Notes under the pieces: generated by a model | What the model was told of the DNA's origin: nothing | What the model saw: only the letters and a program-made list of their open reading frames with translations | Database searches by the model: none | Program-made: the position numbers and the translations under genes | Assembly: GCA_965200205.1 (NCBI GenBank) | Contig: CBDAUI010000002.1 | Location: 520,520 to 584,519, forward strand | Reading direction: 5' to 3' | Source of the DNA: Candidatus Poribacteria bacterium | GTDB taxonomy: Bacteria; Poribacteria; WGA-4E; WGA-3G | Length of the DNA: 64,000 nucleotides | Shown here: positions 30,039-39,336 of the stretch, one piece after another | Layout of the letters: the number at the start of each line of letters is the position of its first letter | How positions within the stretch are numbered: the first letter of the stretch is position 1

Positions 30039-30177
30039 GCCAGTTTCCTTTCATAAGGTAGAAGTCAGATAGATAGATAAGAACGTTGACACCGTATATC
30101 CGACTGCAGGCGGGGTTTGCAACCCCGCCGCTGTAAAAATAATTATGGGCTTTACTATAATAAGTTTTCTGAAGCTG

Positions 30178-30930
30178 CTACAACGTAAATCGTAATATTG
30201 ATAAATACTTGTAATGCCAGTTTTCTGTCAGTGGTTCACTATTATAAGTCACAGCACCGCTTAAACGCAAGCCTAATCGGGTGGATAGGTTGAACGTGAT
30301 CGCAGGTTCTGCTGAAAACTGGAAGTTGCTGAACCCAATTTGGGGCGTGAATTTTAACACAGTATTGAGTTTTTGCCAGCCTACAGATGAAAACGCCAGC
30401 CACCGAAACGTCGTCGGATCAAATTGTTTTAAATCAATATCTTGAAGCGGTTGGATATTTTCGATGAACGCCCCAATGCCGCCGGATATGCGGAGTTCAC
30501 CGCCCTCATAGATCGCTGGACGGATGTAACTGCCGATTTGGGATGTCAATGCGGAGCCTTGAGCGATGTTACGTTCTAAGTCTGTAAACACCTCAATCCC
30601 AAAAGTCCGAATCCGGAAACCGCCCTGAGCGTGTGCTTTAACAATTTCAGAAAGCAGGTCTTCTTCACCGGAAGCGCGCGAACCGAAGATGCCTACCCAA
30701 CCATTAACTTTTCGGACCGGGACGACAGCCGTTAGACTGACCGTCTGTGAAGCACCGTCACCGTTTATGCCAACATCTACAGTTTTGGCATCGCGCGGTA
30801 AATCGGCAAACTGGGAATACACTGGTATCGTCTGAAAAATTAAACAGATGACTCCCACAAGAAGCAGAAGTGATCGTCTTAATCGTGTGCTGCCGGTATA
30901 GATTGACAGCATCTCTAATAGAGATTCCAT
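30178..30930 (-). CDS. Hypothetical exported beta-strand-rich protein
   Basis: RBS AGGAGG, signal peptide, amphipathic strands. Confidence 0.65.
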   Translation of the reverse strand: MESLLEMLSIYTGSTRLRRSLLLLVGVICLIFQTIPVYSQFADLPRDAKTVDVGINGDGASQTVSLTAVVPVRKVNGWVGIFGSRASGEEDLLSEIVKAHAQGGFRIRTFGIEVFTDLERNIAQGSALTSQIGSYIRPAIYEGGELRISGGIGAFIENIQPLQDIDLKQFDPTTFRWLAFSSVGWQKLNTVLKFTPQIGFSNFQFSAEPAITFNLSTRLGLRLSGAVTYNSEPLTENWHYKYLSILRFTL

Positions 30931-30952
30931 TTTCCTCCTTAATTGGGAACGT

Positions 30953-31453
30953 TTAATCTCGTGTCGCTCTGTACAGAACCGTGATTAAATACGCCTCTAT
31001 GGGCGCACCGACGAGACAACCCACCAATGACCACGTAAACTGAATTTTCTTTGTTTTGACTTTATAGGCATCGTAATAAAAAGCGACATATTGCGGGGAC
31101 TTACCGAGGACTCGGGCAGTCGGCATAAAAGGTTGGTAGCGCTGGGAAAAAATGGGACCAACCAGTGGAAAAAAACAGCCGGTACTGAACCACAATGTTT
31201 TGTTGAGATGCGCTGCCGCATCTTTTTCAGCATCGGCTACTGCCTGCTCCGCAACAGATTTCAGATCAGCCGCTGTAACGGGTGAGTCCTCAACCTCAAT
31301 AATCTCATAGCGTTTTGTTTCAATAACGTCGTATTTTTTCGGACGACCCTCGACTTCTGCAGTGATCCGCTCACTTTCTTGACAAAACGCTGGCCCAGAG
31401 ATGAAGGTAATTATTAGAAGTCCGTATAAGATGAAATGTAGAGTTATTTTCAC
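30953..31453 (-). CDS. Hypothetical membrane-associated protein
   Basis: GTG start after GGGAG, signal peptide and C-terminal hydrophobic segments. Confidence 0.65.
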   Translation of the reverse strand: MKITLHFILYGLLIITFISGPAFCQESERITAEVEGRPKKYDVIETKRYEIIEVEDSPVTAADLKSVAEQAVADAEKDAAAHLNKTLWFSTGCFFPLVGPIFSQRYQPFMPTARVLGKSPQYVAFYYDAYKVKTKKIQFTWSLVGCLVGAPIEAYLITVLYRATRD

Positions 31454-31523
31454 TGTTGTTCTCCCTTAAATGTGCGTGCCATCAATAGACTTTATTTTCC
31501 TTTTAAGTGCAAAAAATACAGTT

Positions 31524-32237
31524 TTAATTTAATTTCTGATAGACGTGTCCGGTAGAAGTTGCCGTCCAAAAGAGGACTAATAATTCACCATCCCAAGTAT
31601 ACGTACTTACAATCGGTTCAGTGCTTCCGTCAGAGAACCAATAGATTGTTCCTTTTTGTGCGTCAAACGGTTCAATCAATTTATAGGCACCGAAGAAGAA
31701 TGCGCCGTTACTCTGATATTCTCTTGTAAATGTTGCTGTTGTCAGCCGCATAGATCCGAATGCCTCCGTCGTTTCACCGGCTAATTGGGTTCGGACAAGT
31801 TCATAAACCCCACTGAGTGCTTCAGCGACTCTATATGACTTTGAAAAGACGGTAATCACAGCGGACTTTGAGGCCATTTCCTCACCTTGGTCCCTGATGG
31901 ACACATGAACCGTAACCGTTTGGTCAGGCGCAATCTCAGAAGCGGGAAGTTCAGGAGCCGTCCACTGAATCTCCGCGCCTTGTTCAGTGTCTAATGTTCC
32001 GGCGGATATATCCCACGTGTAACTTAACTCGTCATTCTCTGGGTCGAAAGCCCCGACTTTCAGAGTGGCACTTTCGCCGTAACGTACCTCTTTTGGGACG
32101 GTGAAAGTATTGATCTCAGGTGGATCGTTCGTCAATCTTTCATATTCATCGCAACTACTGAATATTAGCAACTGGCAGGTTAACAATAGGACCACAGCCA
32201 GTTTCATAGCAAAGAACGTAGGATTTAAAATTTTCAC
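31524..32237 (-). CDS. Hypothetical lipoprotein with an Ig/PKD-like domain
   Basis: FSSC lipobox, N.PP.I...AFDPEND.LSY.W...G.L...WTAP pattern. Confidence 0.7.
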   Translation of the reverse strand: MKILNPTFFAMKLAVVLLLTCQLLIFSSCDEYERLTNDPPEINTFTVPKEVRYGESATLKVGAFDPENDELSYTWDISAGTLDTEQGAEIQWTAPELPASEIAPDQTVTVHVSIRDQGEEMASKSAVITVFSKSYRVAEALSGVYELVRTQLAGETTEAFGSMRLTTATFTREYQSNGAFFFGAYKLIEPFDAQKGTIYWFSDGSTEPIVSTYTWDGELLVLFWTATSTGHVYQKLN

Positions 32238-32310
32238 AGTGTAACTCCTTATCTAACGATTGATTTTAACAATTTAATGTGTGCCGGGCAGTCCCGTGCT
32301 ATCAAAAAAT

Positions 32311-33387
32311 TTAGAGCCATTTTTTTAATTTGAAAAAGGTAAACATACCGATGCTAATGCCTAACATCGCTAACAGAACAACGGGATACCCCCACTGCGA
32401 TTCAAGTTCAGGCATGAACTTAAAATTCATTCCATAAATACCAGCGATGAACGTTAGTGGAATAAAGAAGGTCGCTACGATCGTCAGTACCTTCATGACT
32501 TCGTTCATTCTATGACTCACTGCCGAGGTATAGATGTCGAACAGTCCTGAAACGGTTAAACGCAGCATCTCTAACATTTGGACGACCTCAATTAAATGGT
32601 CGTATACATCGTGAAAGTAAGGGTTTATGCTTTCATCAAGTAGCGGCGTGTCGCCGTGCAAAATATCAGCGAGAACATCACGTAGCGGTAAAATGGGTCT
32701 GCGTAGCAGCAGAAGTTCCGCTCTCAAAACATTGATTTTCGCGAGAACATCTGACGACGGATTCGTCATAATCTCTCCTTCCAATGTTTGAATGCGTTCA
32801 TCAATCTTGTCCAAAGCGATGAAATAATGGTCAACAATAACATCTATCAATGCATAAGCGAGGTACCCGGATGACATCTTCCGAATCCTGCCTTGGGCGT
32901 TTCGGAGTCTATTTCGGATAGATGTAAAAATTCCGCTTCGGTTTTCTTGGACAGATACAACAAAATTAAGACCGATGATAAGACTGATTTGTTCTCTGGA
33001 AACTTGTGCGGATGTGGCATTATAATCGAGGCTTTTAAGAATGATAAAGGCGTAATCTTCGTAAACTTCTACCTTTGGGAGTTGACTTGGATTCATCAAA
33101 TCCTCAAGTAGGAGATCGTCAATGCCAAAGTACTCTCCCAACGTTTCCACCACAGTTGTGTCATGAATCCCTTCAATCTGGATCCATGTTACACTCTCGG
33201 TATCTATGAAAGGTAAGCATTCTTCAACTGTTTGTACCTCTTGCTCATGCAGGTATGTTTCATCATAGTCAATGATGTTAATCCGAATCGGTTCTGCTCG
33301 TTCTTCACCGAGGTAAATAAGGGTTCCGGGAGGCTGCCCGACCTTTTGAGAATATCTTTTGAATGGATGTAACAATGAAAAATTCAA
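32311..33387 (-). CDS. corA: Magnesium/cobalt transporter CorA
   Basis: GQPPGTL, MNEVMKVLT, YGMNF..MPEL. TTG start at 33387 is inferred. Confidence 0.92.
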   Translation of the reverse strand: MNFSLLHPFKRYSQKVGQPPGTLIYLGEERAEPIRINIIDYDETYLHEQEVQTVEECLPFIDTESVTWIQIEGIHDTTVVETLGEYFGIDDLLLEDLMNPSQLPKVEVYEDYAFIILKSLDYNATSAQVSREQISLIIGLNFVVSVQENRSGIFTSIRNRLRNAQGRIRKMSSGYLAYALIDVIVDHYFIALDKIDERIQTLEGEIMTNPSSDVLAKINVLRAELLLLRRPILPLRDVLADILHGDTPLLDESINPYFHDVYDHLIEVVQMLEMLRLTVSGLFDIYTSAVSHRMNEVMKVLTIVATFFIPLTFIAGIYGMNFKFMPELESQWGYPVVLLAMLGISIGMFTFFKLKKWL

Positions 33388-33443
33388 CGCAGCACCGTCC
33401 AATAAGTTGTGTTTACATTCTGATGCCAGAAGCAAGCAGAGAA

Positions 33444-33550
33444 AAGGGTTCACGCATCACAGGATTTTTGTAGCGTAGACTGTTCGTCTGCGTCCTCTTA
33501 TGCACAACCTAACAGGTTATGCTACAAGGTGGCAACTTGCGTAGGTATAT
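33444..33550. mobile_element. Degenerate MITE-like element (copy E)
   Basis: aagggttcacgca ... tgcgtaggtatat around a ttgtagc...gctacaa hairpin. Confidence 0.4.
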
Positions 33551-33578
33551 AATATACAATAGGTGGGTGATTTGTCAA
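33549..33578 (-). promoter_or_regulatory. Putative sigma-70 promoter for corA
   Basis: Minus strand TTGACA (33573-33578), then 16-18 nt, then TATATT/TATTAT. Confidence 0.4.
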
Positions 33579-33688
33579 ATTAAATCAGAGATGCCGAACC
33601 GTGTTTTCCTGTGCTGTCGCGTCCTATGAAGAAACCTGGACCCAGGAATTTCTCCTATCGTAGCCGACTGAATTCCGTTTTGTGAATT

Positions 33689-34735
33689 TTACAAGACTGC
33701 CATTTCCACGTTGTCAAAGTTTCGCCGGTAGTATTGCATATATTGCACCTTTTTTTGAAGTGCCTCAATAACAGCGACGTTAAAATTCACTTTTTCAAAC
33801 CGTTGTGCACTTCCTAACCCGCCTGGGCTGAACACATTAATCTCCATAAGTTTGTCTCCGACAATGTCCAAGCCTACCAAGAACATGCCATCCTGAACTA
33901 ATTTAGGACGCACCATTTCAACGAGTTCTAAGGCGGTATCCGTAATTTCTGCCTGCCGAAGTTTTCCACCTGCGTGAATGTTACTTCTCATATCGCCGCC
34001 CATACGGACGCGTCGGAAAGCAGCGTATCTGCCACGGTAGCGCAATGGCTGTCCATTGAGGACAAACAGGCGCGTGTCCCCTTCTGCTGCAGCGGGTAGA
34101 TATTCCTGTGCGATGACGTAGCCATCTCTGGCAACCGCATCAATCATCTGATTGATATTTGGGAGGTCGTCGGGTCTAACGAGAAAGACGCTTTGTCCAC
34201 CGGATCCCTGAAGCGGTTTTAGGACGATAGTCCCGCCTTGTTCTTGAGCGAAGGCTTTAATTTCGTCCTGACTTCTGGTAATTAAGGTTCTGGGTCGGAC
34301 TTCTTCAGGAAAATGCTGGAAATACATTTTGTTGAGTGCTTTGGCGAGTCCATTTGGGTCATTGAGCACAATGACACCGTGTCGCATTGCGACTCTCCCG
34401 AAAACAAGTCCGGCGTTTTGTGCCCAAGGTCTGGCAATGGCGTCATCTGCTGGGTTGTTGCGTAGCAGCAAAATATCAAGTTCTTCAACAGTAATACGTT
34501 CTACTGTTGCCCGTTTGCTCTGCAAGTCATTAAAATAGGTCTCGTGGGATTTATAATTGGTTCGGGGTGCCATGCGTGCGGTGGCGCGGATGTATTCATC
34601 TGGGTCGTAAGCGAGGTCTCCGACGGCTATTATCCATGCTTCATAGCCCATGTTAATAGCTTGCATAGCTAACCGTGTCGTGGTGTACCCTGCTTGTTCG
34701 GTTTGCAGATCATTGACGAGGAATCCGATTTTCAT
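33689..34735 (-). CDS. Glutathione-synthetase (GshB)-like ATP-grasp ligase
   Basis: VLKPL.GSGG, QEYLP..EGD.R, RSNIH.GG, GLDIVG..L.EINVFSPGG. Confidence 0.9.
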   Translation of the reverse strand: MKIGFLVNDLQTEQAGYTTTRLAMQAINMGYEAWIIAVGDLAYDPDEYIRATARMAPRTNYKSHETYFNDLQSKRATVERITVEELDILLLRNNPADDAIARPWAQNAGLVFGRVAMRHGVIVLNDPNGLAKALNKMYFQHFPEEVRPRTLITRSQDEIKAFAQEQGGTIVLKPLQGSGGQSVFLVRPDDLPNINQMIDAVARDGYVIAQEYLPAAAEGDTRLFVLNGQPLRYRGRYAAFRRVRMGGDMRSNIHAGGKLRQAEITDTALELVEMVRPKLVQDGMFLVGLDIVGDKLMEINVFSPGGLGSAQRFEKVNFNVAVIEALQKKVQYMQYYRRNFDNVEMAVL

Positions 34736-36657
34736 TTTTTCTCCTGTTTTATGAAGTCAAGGACAGATAGCCCTTGACGGAGTGCGTTGAATTTCTCTTC
34801 TACGTTTGGATTTTCCATATATCTTGGGCGTAAGGGCGCAGGTTTTAGGACTTTGCGCCACTCTAATTCTTGAATAATAGGAATGTGCTCGGCTGCAATT
34901 TTCCCGACAAAAAGTGGCTCAAGTGCCCCGCCCGCTTTGAGGTAATCCAAGAGACCGACAAGCCCCCTGAGATAAACCGCATCTTTGGTTAAACCGCCAC
35001 TGCGATAGATTCTCATTGTGATCGTGAACGCTGTCCGTTGCGTGAAGAGATGTGTCTCGTTGAGTTCTCGAAATGTGTCAATAAACGAAGCACCCTCCGT
35101 TAAACATCGCGCGGCAATAACACGGGCAGCAAGGAGCCGCAATCGCGATAAACTCAGTCCTCCGACGAGATATTCCGAAAGGACAGCGATGCCTTCCTGC
35201 ATCTCTTCATAACCTGCGAGTCCGGTATAGAGCATTCGAAAGGGTTGCGTTTGCCCATTGAAATAGGTAAGTATATGGGTGCCGACTTCGTGCTGGATCA
35301 ATGCATCCGCACGCGAAGTCGGGATGTTTGTTTTTTCTCCGATGAGTAAGGTGCCTTTAGAGACCATGAGTCCTGCGTACATGTCATCGCGTATTTCGGC
35401 ATTTGCAGAAAATTCGGGGCACTGTTGCCGGTAGTATTCAAGTTCTTCTTCAGCCCGTTGCGAAAAAGCTGCAGCATCAAGCCTTGCGCTTGGTGTCTTC
35501 TCACGACTCCGACTTGATGTGTGCTCCACTATTTCTTCGGCGAGTTTCAATAGGTCATCGCTTACGTTGCCAAAAAGTTGTGAGCTGCCGTACAAAAATC
35601 TTGGTGTGTCAATATTACTGAGCATCGTCAATTGTATGTCAAGTTCAACTCGCTTTTCTCGGAAAAGGTGTGCGAGCGTCGGGTCTTCTATGCGTTCAAG
35701 CCGGATACCCCAGAGTTTACGTTTGAGCATGGCTGGATCAAAAGCACGCGGACGATAGTAAAAAACCGGTGTCCGTTCAAAGTGCCGACGTTTAAATGAT
35801 GTGTACGCGGATTCTGTATTGGTCGGTGTTACCTGTAGTAGGAAGTCAAATTCGTTGCTGATTTCGGCGAGTTGTCTGTCCACTTCCCAAACAGCTTTAA
35901 CGACAGCACGGCGTCCCAAAACGTGAAAATGTGCGGGACGATGTGTCGTTTGTGAACGCGAGAATTGAAAGAAAGTTTTCTGGAGGGCGCGCGTAAGTTC
36001 ACGGGTGAGTGCCCGTCGAATTAGTGGAAATAATTCATCCGTTTCAGGTGATCGATAAATAGGCCGAACCTCAAGACCTATGACAGCACATCCAATTTCG
36101 TTAAGCAATTGAGGCGGTAAAAGTGTAGGTAAATCTGGAGGTGTTATTTTTCGATGCCGTGCAATTTCGACTGTTGATGCCATTTTATGGATGCGGATGG
36201 CGCGAAGTGCTTCGGCGAGCGTCTCAACGGTTCTAAACGGACTCAGATTTGACTGTGTCACGATCCGAAATTCTGGTGCTGGCATGAGTGGGTCATCATC
36301 ATCGTCGTTTTTGCTTTCGTCCGTGCTCCAAATTTCCAAAATCAGGAACGCCCCGAACTCGCGTGAGAGTGTCTCGACTATATTCTCAATGAGTTCAGAT
36401 AGGCGCTCGCGCATTTGCTTGTTACCTGAAGCGATCAAATAAGAAGGCTGCCCCATCACGAGGCGTTCTGTAGCAGTATCTTCACGGTTTGGCGGGTAGC
36501 GATAAACACACAAAAATGGCAGTTGCCGATCAATATGTAACCGTCCACCATCGGGGAGGGTGCGGCGAACCTGCTTATTTTCTCCAAGTCGCTCACAAAT
36601 TGTCTTGATGAACCGTTGGTTGATAACTTTGCTAATGGCTTTTGGTTGATCGTTCAT
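34732..36657 (-). CDS. DUF1704 / QEGLA-motif zinc metallopeptidase (MATCAP-like)
   Basis: HEVGTH, QEGIA, R.YR.GG.TKDAVYLRG, GK motifs. Confidence 0.85.
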   Translation of the reverse strand: MNDQPKAISKVINQRFIKTICERLGENKQVRRTLPDGGRLHIDRQLPFLCVYRYPPNREDTATERLVMGQPSYLIASGNKQMRERLSELIENIVETLSREFGAFLILEIWSTDESKNDDDDDPLMPAPEFRIVTQSNLSPFRTVETLAEALRAIRIHKMASTVEIARHRKITPPDLPTLLPPQLLNEIGCAVIGLEVRPIYRSPETDELFPLIRRALTRELTRALQKTFFQFSRSQTTHRPAHFHVLGRRAVVKAVWEVDRQLAEISNEFDFLLQVTPTNTESAYTSFKRRHFERTPVFYYRPRAFDPAMLKRKLWGIRLERIEDPTLAHLFREKRVELDIQLTMLSNIDTPRFLYGSSQLFGNVSDDLLKLAEEIVEHTSSRSREKTPSARLDAAAFSQRAEEELEYYRQQCPEFSANAEIRDDMYAGLMVSKGTLLIGEKTNIPTSRADALIQHEVGTHILTYFNGQTQPFRMLYTGLAGYEEMQEGIAVLSEYLVGGLSLSRLRLLAARVIAARCLTEGASFIDTFRELNETHLFTQRTAFTITMRIYRSGGLTKDAVYLRGLVGLLDYLKAGGALEPLFVGKIAAEHIPIIQELEWRKVLKPAPLRPRYMENPNVEEKFNALRQGLSVLDFIKQEKK

Positions 36658-36691
36658 TTTGCAAATCTTTCCTCAAGTGATGCTCTCAATT

Positions 36692-37498
36692 TTAGGGCAG
36701 TTCATTCAACGTGCCAAGTTCTTTTAATATACTTGGCAGTGTGGACTGTAGCACATTTTGAATCGTGTTGATTTGCGCCATATCCGGCTCACCGGTCCAC
36801 TCATCCATAAAAAATTTTTTGAACTCAATAGCAATCGCACAACCGGAATTGGGAAAGGATTCATGAATCCAACGTGAGAACTGACCGCCTCGGAATTTGA
36901 CGTTCTGCCTGACATCAAGGTGTCTACCCAGAAAGTCGAAGTTCTGTAGATCCGTTATGAAACGTTCAACGAGGGTCCCCCACTTTTGAAGGTTCATGTT
37001 TCCGGTGCCGATATTCACCTCTGGATTACCCTCGGCGTCTGCTGGCAGCGCATTAGGCCCCTCGCGCCGATGATTATAGGAATGTATATCAAAAACGACG
37101 AAATGTAGGAAGTGCTGTGTCATATCTGTCAATAGGTCTCGGACCTCCGAGTAGAAGGCATCGTACGCTGCTAAGGACCTGCTAATCAGTTGTTCATCAG
37201 GTCGCTCTTTCCAAACATGCAGTCCCCAGGCATCCTCGGGTTCAATATAAACAGCTTTTTCACGAGGACGGTTCAAATCTACCTCAAAGCGGGAGTGTGA
37301 ACCTATAATTCGTGTTTCTACCACCTCCGTCCAGATGCCAGTAAATGGGTCCTCTTCTCGGAGTCTTTCTGCTTCGGTTAAAGCAAGAATTCTTGACACT
37401 TCGTCACGGACGCGATGTCCATCATGAATCGCTGCTGCTGCGACGGGACTGTGTCCTTTTGTTATTTTATAGATAGTATGTGTGCTAAGATTAGTCAT
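36692..37498 (-). CDS. N-formylglutamate amidohydrolase family protein
   Basis: AIHDGH, REEDPFT, SRFEVDLNR, DIHSYNH, AIEFKKFFMDEW. Start ATG 37498 after GAGG. Confidence 0.9.
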   Translation of the reverse strand: MTNLSTHTIYKITKGHSPVAAAAIHDGHRVRDEVSRILALTEAERLREEDPFTGIWTEVVETRIIGSHSRFEVDLNRPREKAVYIEPEDAWGLHVWKERPDEQLISRSLAAYDAFYSEVRDLLTDMTQHFLHFVVFDIHSYNHRREGPNALPADAEGNPEVNIGTGNMNLQKWGTLVERFITDLQNFDFLGRHLDVRQNVKFRGGQFSRWIHESFPNSGCAIAIEFKKFFMDEWTGEPDMAQINTIQNVLQSTLPSILKELGTLNELP

Positions 37499-37499
37499 G

Positions 37500-37751
37500 C
37501 TACTGTGCCTCATCTGTGTCGCCTTGGCGATTGCCAAGCGTCTGTACATTTTCCTTAACAGCACCAATCGTCTGTTGTGCAAATTCTACGGTCTGATTTT
37601 TCACATCAGTCGAGGTTTTGCGAATTTGCGCTCGCGTTTTGGCACCTGAATTAGGGGCAGAGAGCAGACCAATCGCCGCACCTGCTATAAAACCTGTAAA
37701 AAAGACAAGGATTGTGCCCAAGCCATTGTTTTTTTCTTCGTTATTGCTCAT
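37500..37751 (-). CDS. YtxH-domain small protein
   Basis: FFTGFIAGAAIGLLSAPNSGAKTR. RBS AGGAG. Confidence 0.85.
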   Translation of the reverse strand: MSNNEEKNNGLGTILVFFTGFIAGAAIGLLSAPNSGAKTRAQIRKTSTDVKNQTVEFAQQTIGAVKENVQTLGNRQGDTDEAQ

Positions 37752-37789
37752 TTTTTCTCCTATAGGATTGGTGTATACTCTAATACTTG

Positions 37790-37805
37790 AGCAAGAAGTG
37801 TGCCA
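37790..37805 (-). promoter_or_regulatory. Sigma-54 (-24/-12) promoter
   Basis: Minus strand TGGCAC-ACTTC-TTGCT is an exact match to TGGCAC-N5-TTGCW, about 40 nt upstream of the ytxH start. Confidence 0.8.
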
Positions 37806-38060
37806 ATCTCCTAAATTATTTGAATCATTATTGGGTGTTTTGCGTTTTACATACTGTATTCCCTTGTACCGTTAGGGTTTCTAATGGCAAACCGATGCTA
37901 AATCCGATGGATTTCCTATTTTTCATTTTTGGAAAAACCTCAAAATATTTTATGTCTCTTGCTAATTTTTTAAAATTTTTTTCAAAATGTCGGTATGTTT
38001 AGAAAAGATTGGATTGTTGAATTGCCTTAAAGGGAGGATAAGAGATAACGGAATCTTTGA

Positions 38061-39158
38061 TTATCTTTCTTCAGTGTTTTCCCCGGCTAAAGCGCAATGC
38101 TTGTGCAAGGTGGGCACAGAGATTCGGAGACCTTTTGCAATATCTTGTTTTGAACGGTGTGGGTTTTCTGCCCGGTATCTCATAAGGGTAATATGAGAGG
38201 TTATTTCGGATATTGTTCCGGTCTGGATTAATTCCCAGAGTCTGTTTCTATCGTCTTCAGATATTGTGTGCGAATTCCCATTAAATTGTTTTGAATTTTC
38301 TGTTTCGATAGGGATTGAACTCGACACCTTTGCTGAGTTTGTGTCTATATCTTCATCATACACATTTAAATTTACGAAAGCCATCTCCACGTCTTCTCTT
38401 TTCAACTTTTCACCTTCGGTCAAGATAATTGCGGTTTCTATTACGTTTCTGAGTTCGCGAGCGTTGCCGTACCAATCGACATTTTGGAGATAGTTAATTG
38501 CCTCAGGCGTTATGCCGAGAATTGATTTATTATGCTCTTGGTTTAACTGTGAGAGGAAATTAACAGCTAAAGGCCCTATGTCTGAACGTCGATTGCGAAG
38601 CGGTGGAATGTGAATGCGAAAGAGGTTCAACCGATAATAGAGGTCTTCTCTAAATTTTTTTTCATGGACTGCGGTTTTGAGGTTAACATTTGTCGCCGCG
38701 ATCACTCGGACATCCACCTTGATTGTTTCTTCCCCGCCGACGGGTGAGAATTCTCGCCCCTCCAATACCCGGAGAAAATTCGCCTGGGCTTCAAGCGGCA
38801 GTTCGCCCACTTCATCCAAGAACAACGTGCCTCGATTCGCTTGTTCAAATACACCGCGATGCTGCCTAATAGCAGTGGTAAAGGCTCCTTTTTCGTGCCC
38901 GAAGAGTTCGCTTTGCGTGAGTTCTGGCGGAATTGCACTACAGTTTATAATTTTGAAAGGTGCATTTTTGCGTGGACTACTTTCATGAATTGCTTGCGCG
39001 ACGATTTCTTTGCCGACCCCCGTTTCACCTGTGATGAGGACAGTCGCTTTTGTAGGCGCAACTCGCTTAACATAGCGTAAGACTGCTTGCATCTGAGCGG
39101 ATTGGGAGACGATGTCCTGAAAAACATTATGTCGCTGAGTTGTGGGTTTCTTAATCAT
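38061..39158 (-). CDS. Sigma-54 enhancer-binding protein without an N-terminal sensor domain
   Basis: GETGVGKE, SELFGHEKGAFTTA, FLDEV, FREDLYYRLN, W.GNAREL, C-terminal HTH. Start at 39158 or 39203. Confidence 0.88.
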   Translation of the reverse strand: MIKKPTTQRHNVFQDIVSQSAQMQAVLRYVKRVAPTKATVLITGETGVGKEIVAQAIHESSPRKNAPFKIINCSAIPPELTQSELFGHEKGAFTTAIRQHRGVFEQANRGTLFLDEVGELPLEAQANFLRVLEGREFSPVGGEETIKVDVRVIAATNVNLKTAVHEKKFREDLYYRLNLFRIHIPPLRNRRSDIGPLAVNFLSQLNQEHNKSILGITPEAINYLQNVDWYGNARELRNVIETAIILTEGEKLKREDVEMAFVNLNVYDEDIDTNSAKVSSSIPIETENSKQFNGNSHTISEDDRNRLWELIQTGTISEITSHITLMRYRAENPHRSKQDIAKGLRISVPTLHKHCALAGENTEER

Positions 39159-39227
39159 TTCTTTTTGGTTCCATTTTTGATGCGTAATCACTGCCGTAAG
39201 CATTACTGGTTGTAGAAATCACTTATT

Positions 39228-39312
39228 CAGGACTTACGCAATTTTGACTTCGGTTTCTCGTGCGACAAACTGGAAAGTTTGTGCTACGAAAGAGCAGTAT
39301 GCGTAAGTCCTA
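39228..39312. mobile_element. MITE-like element (copy C)
   Basis: Perfect 12-bp inverted ends aggacttacgca / tgcgtaagtcct, internal hairpin acaaact-ggaa-agtttgt. Confidence 0.65.
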
Positions 39313-39336
39313 TTGTTTGAGAAATAATAGATGGCG

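Noticed and set aside
33689-34735. Calling the ATP-grasp gene gshB
   Set aside because: No gshA nearby and the DUF1704/amidohydrolase context suggests another substrate, so no symbol was assigned.
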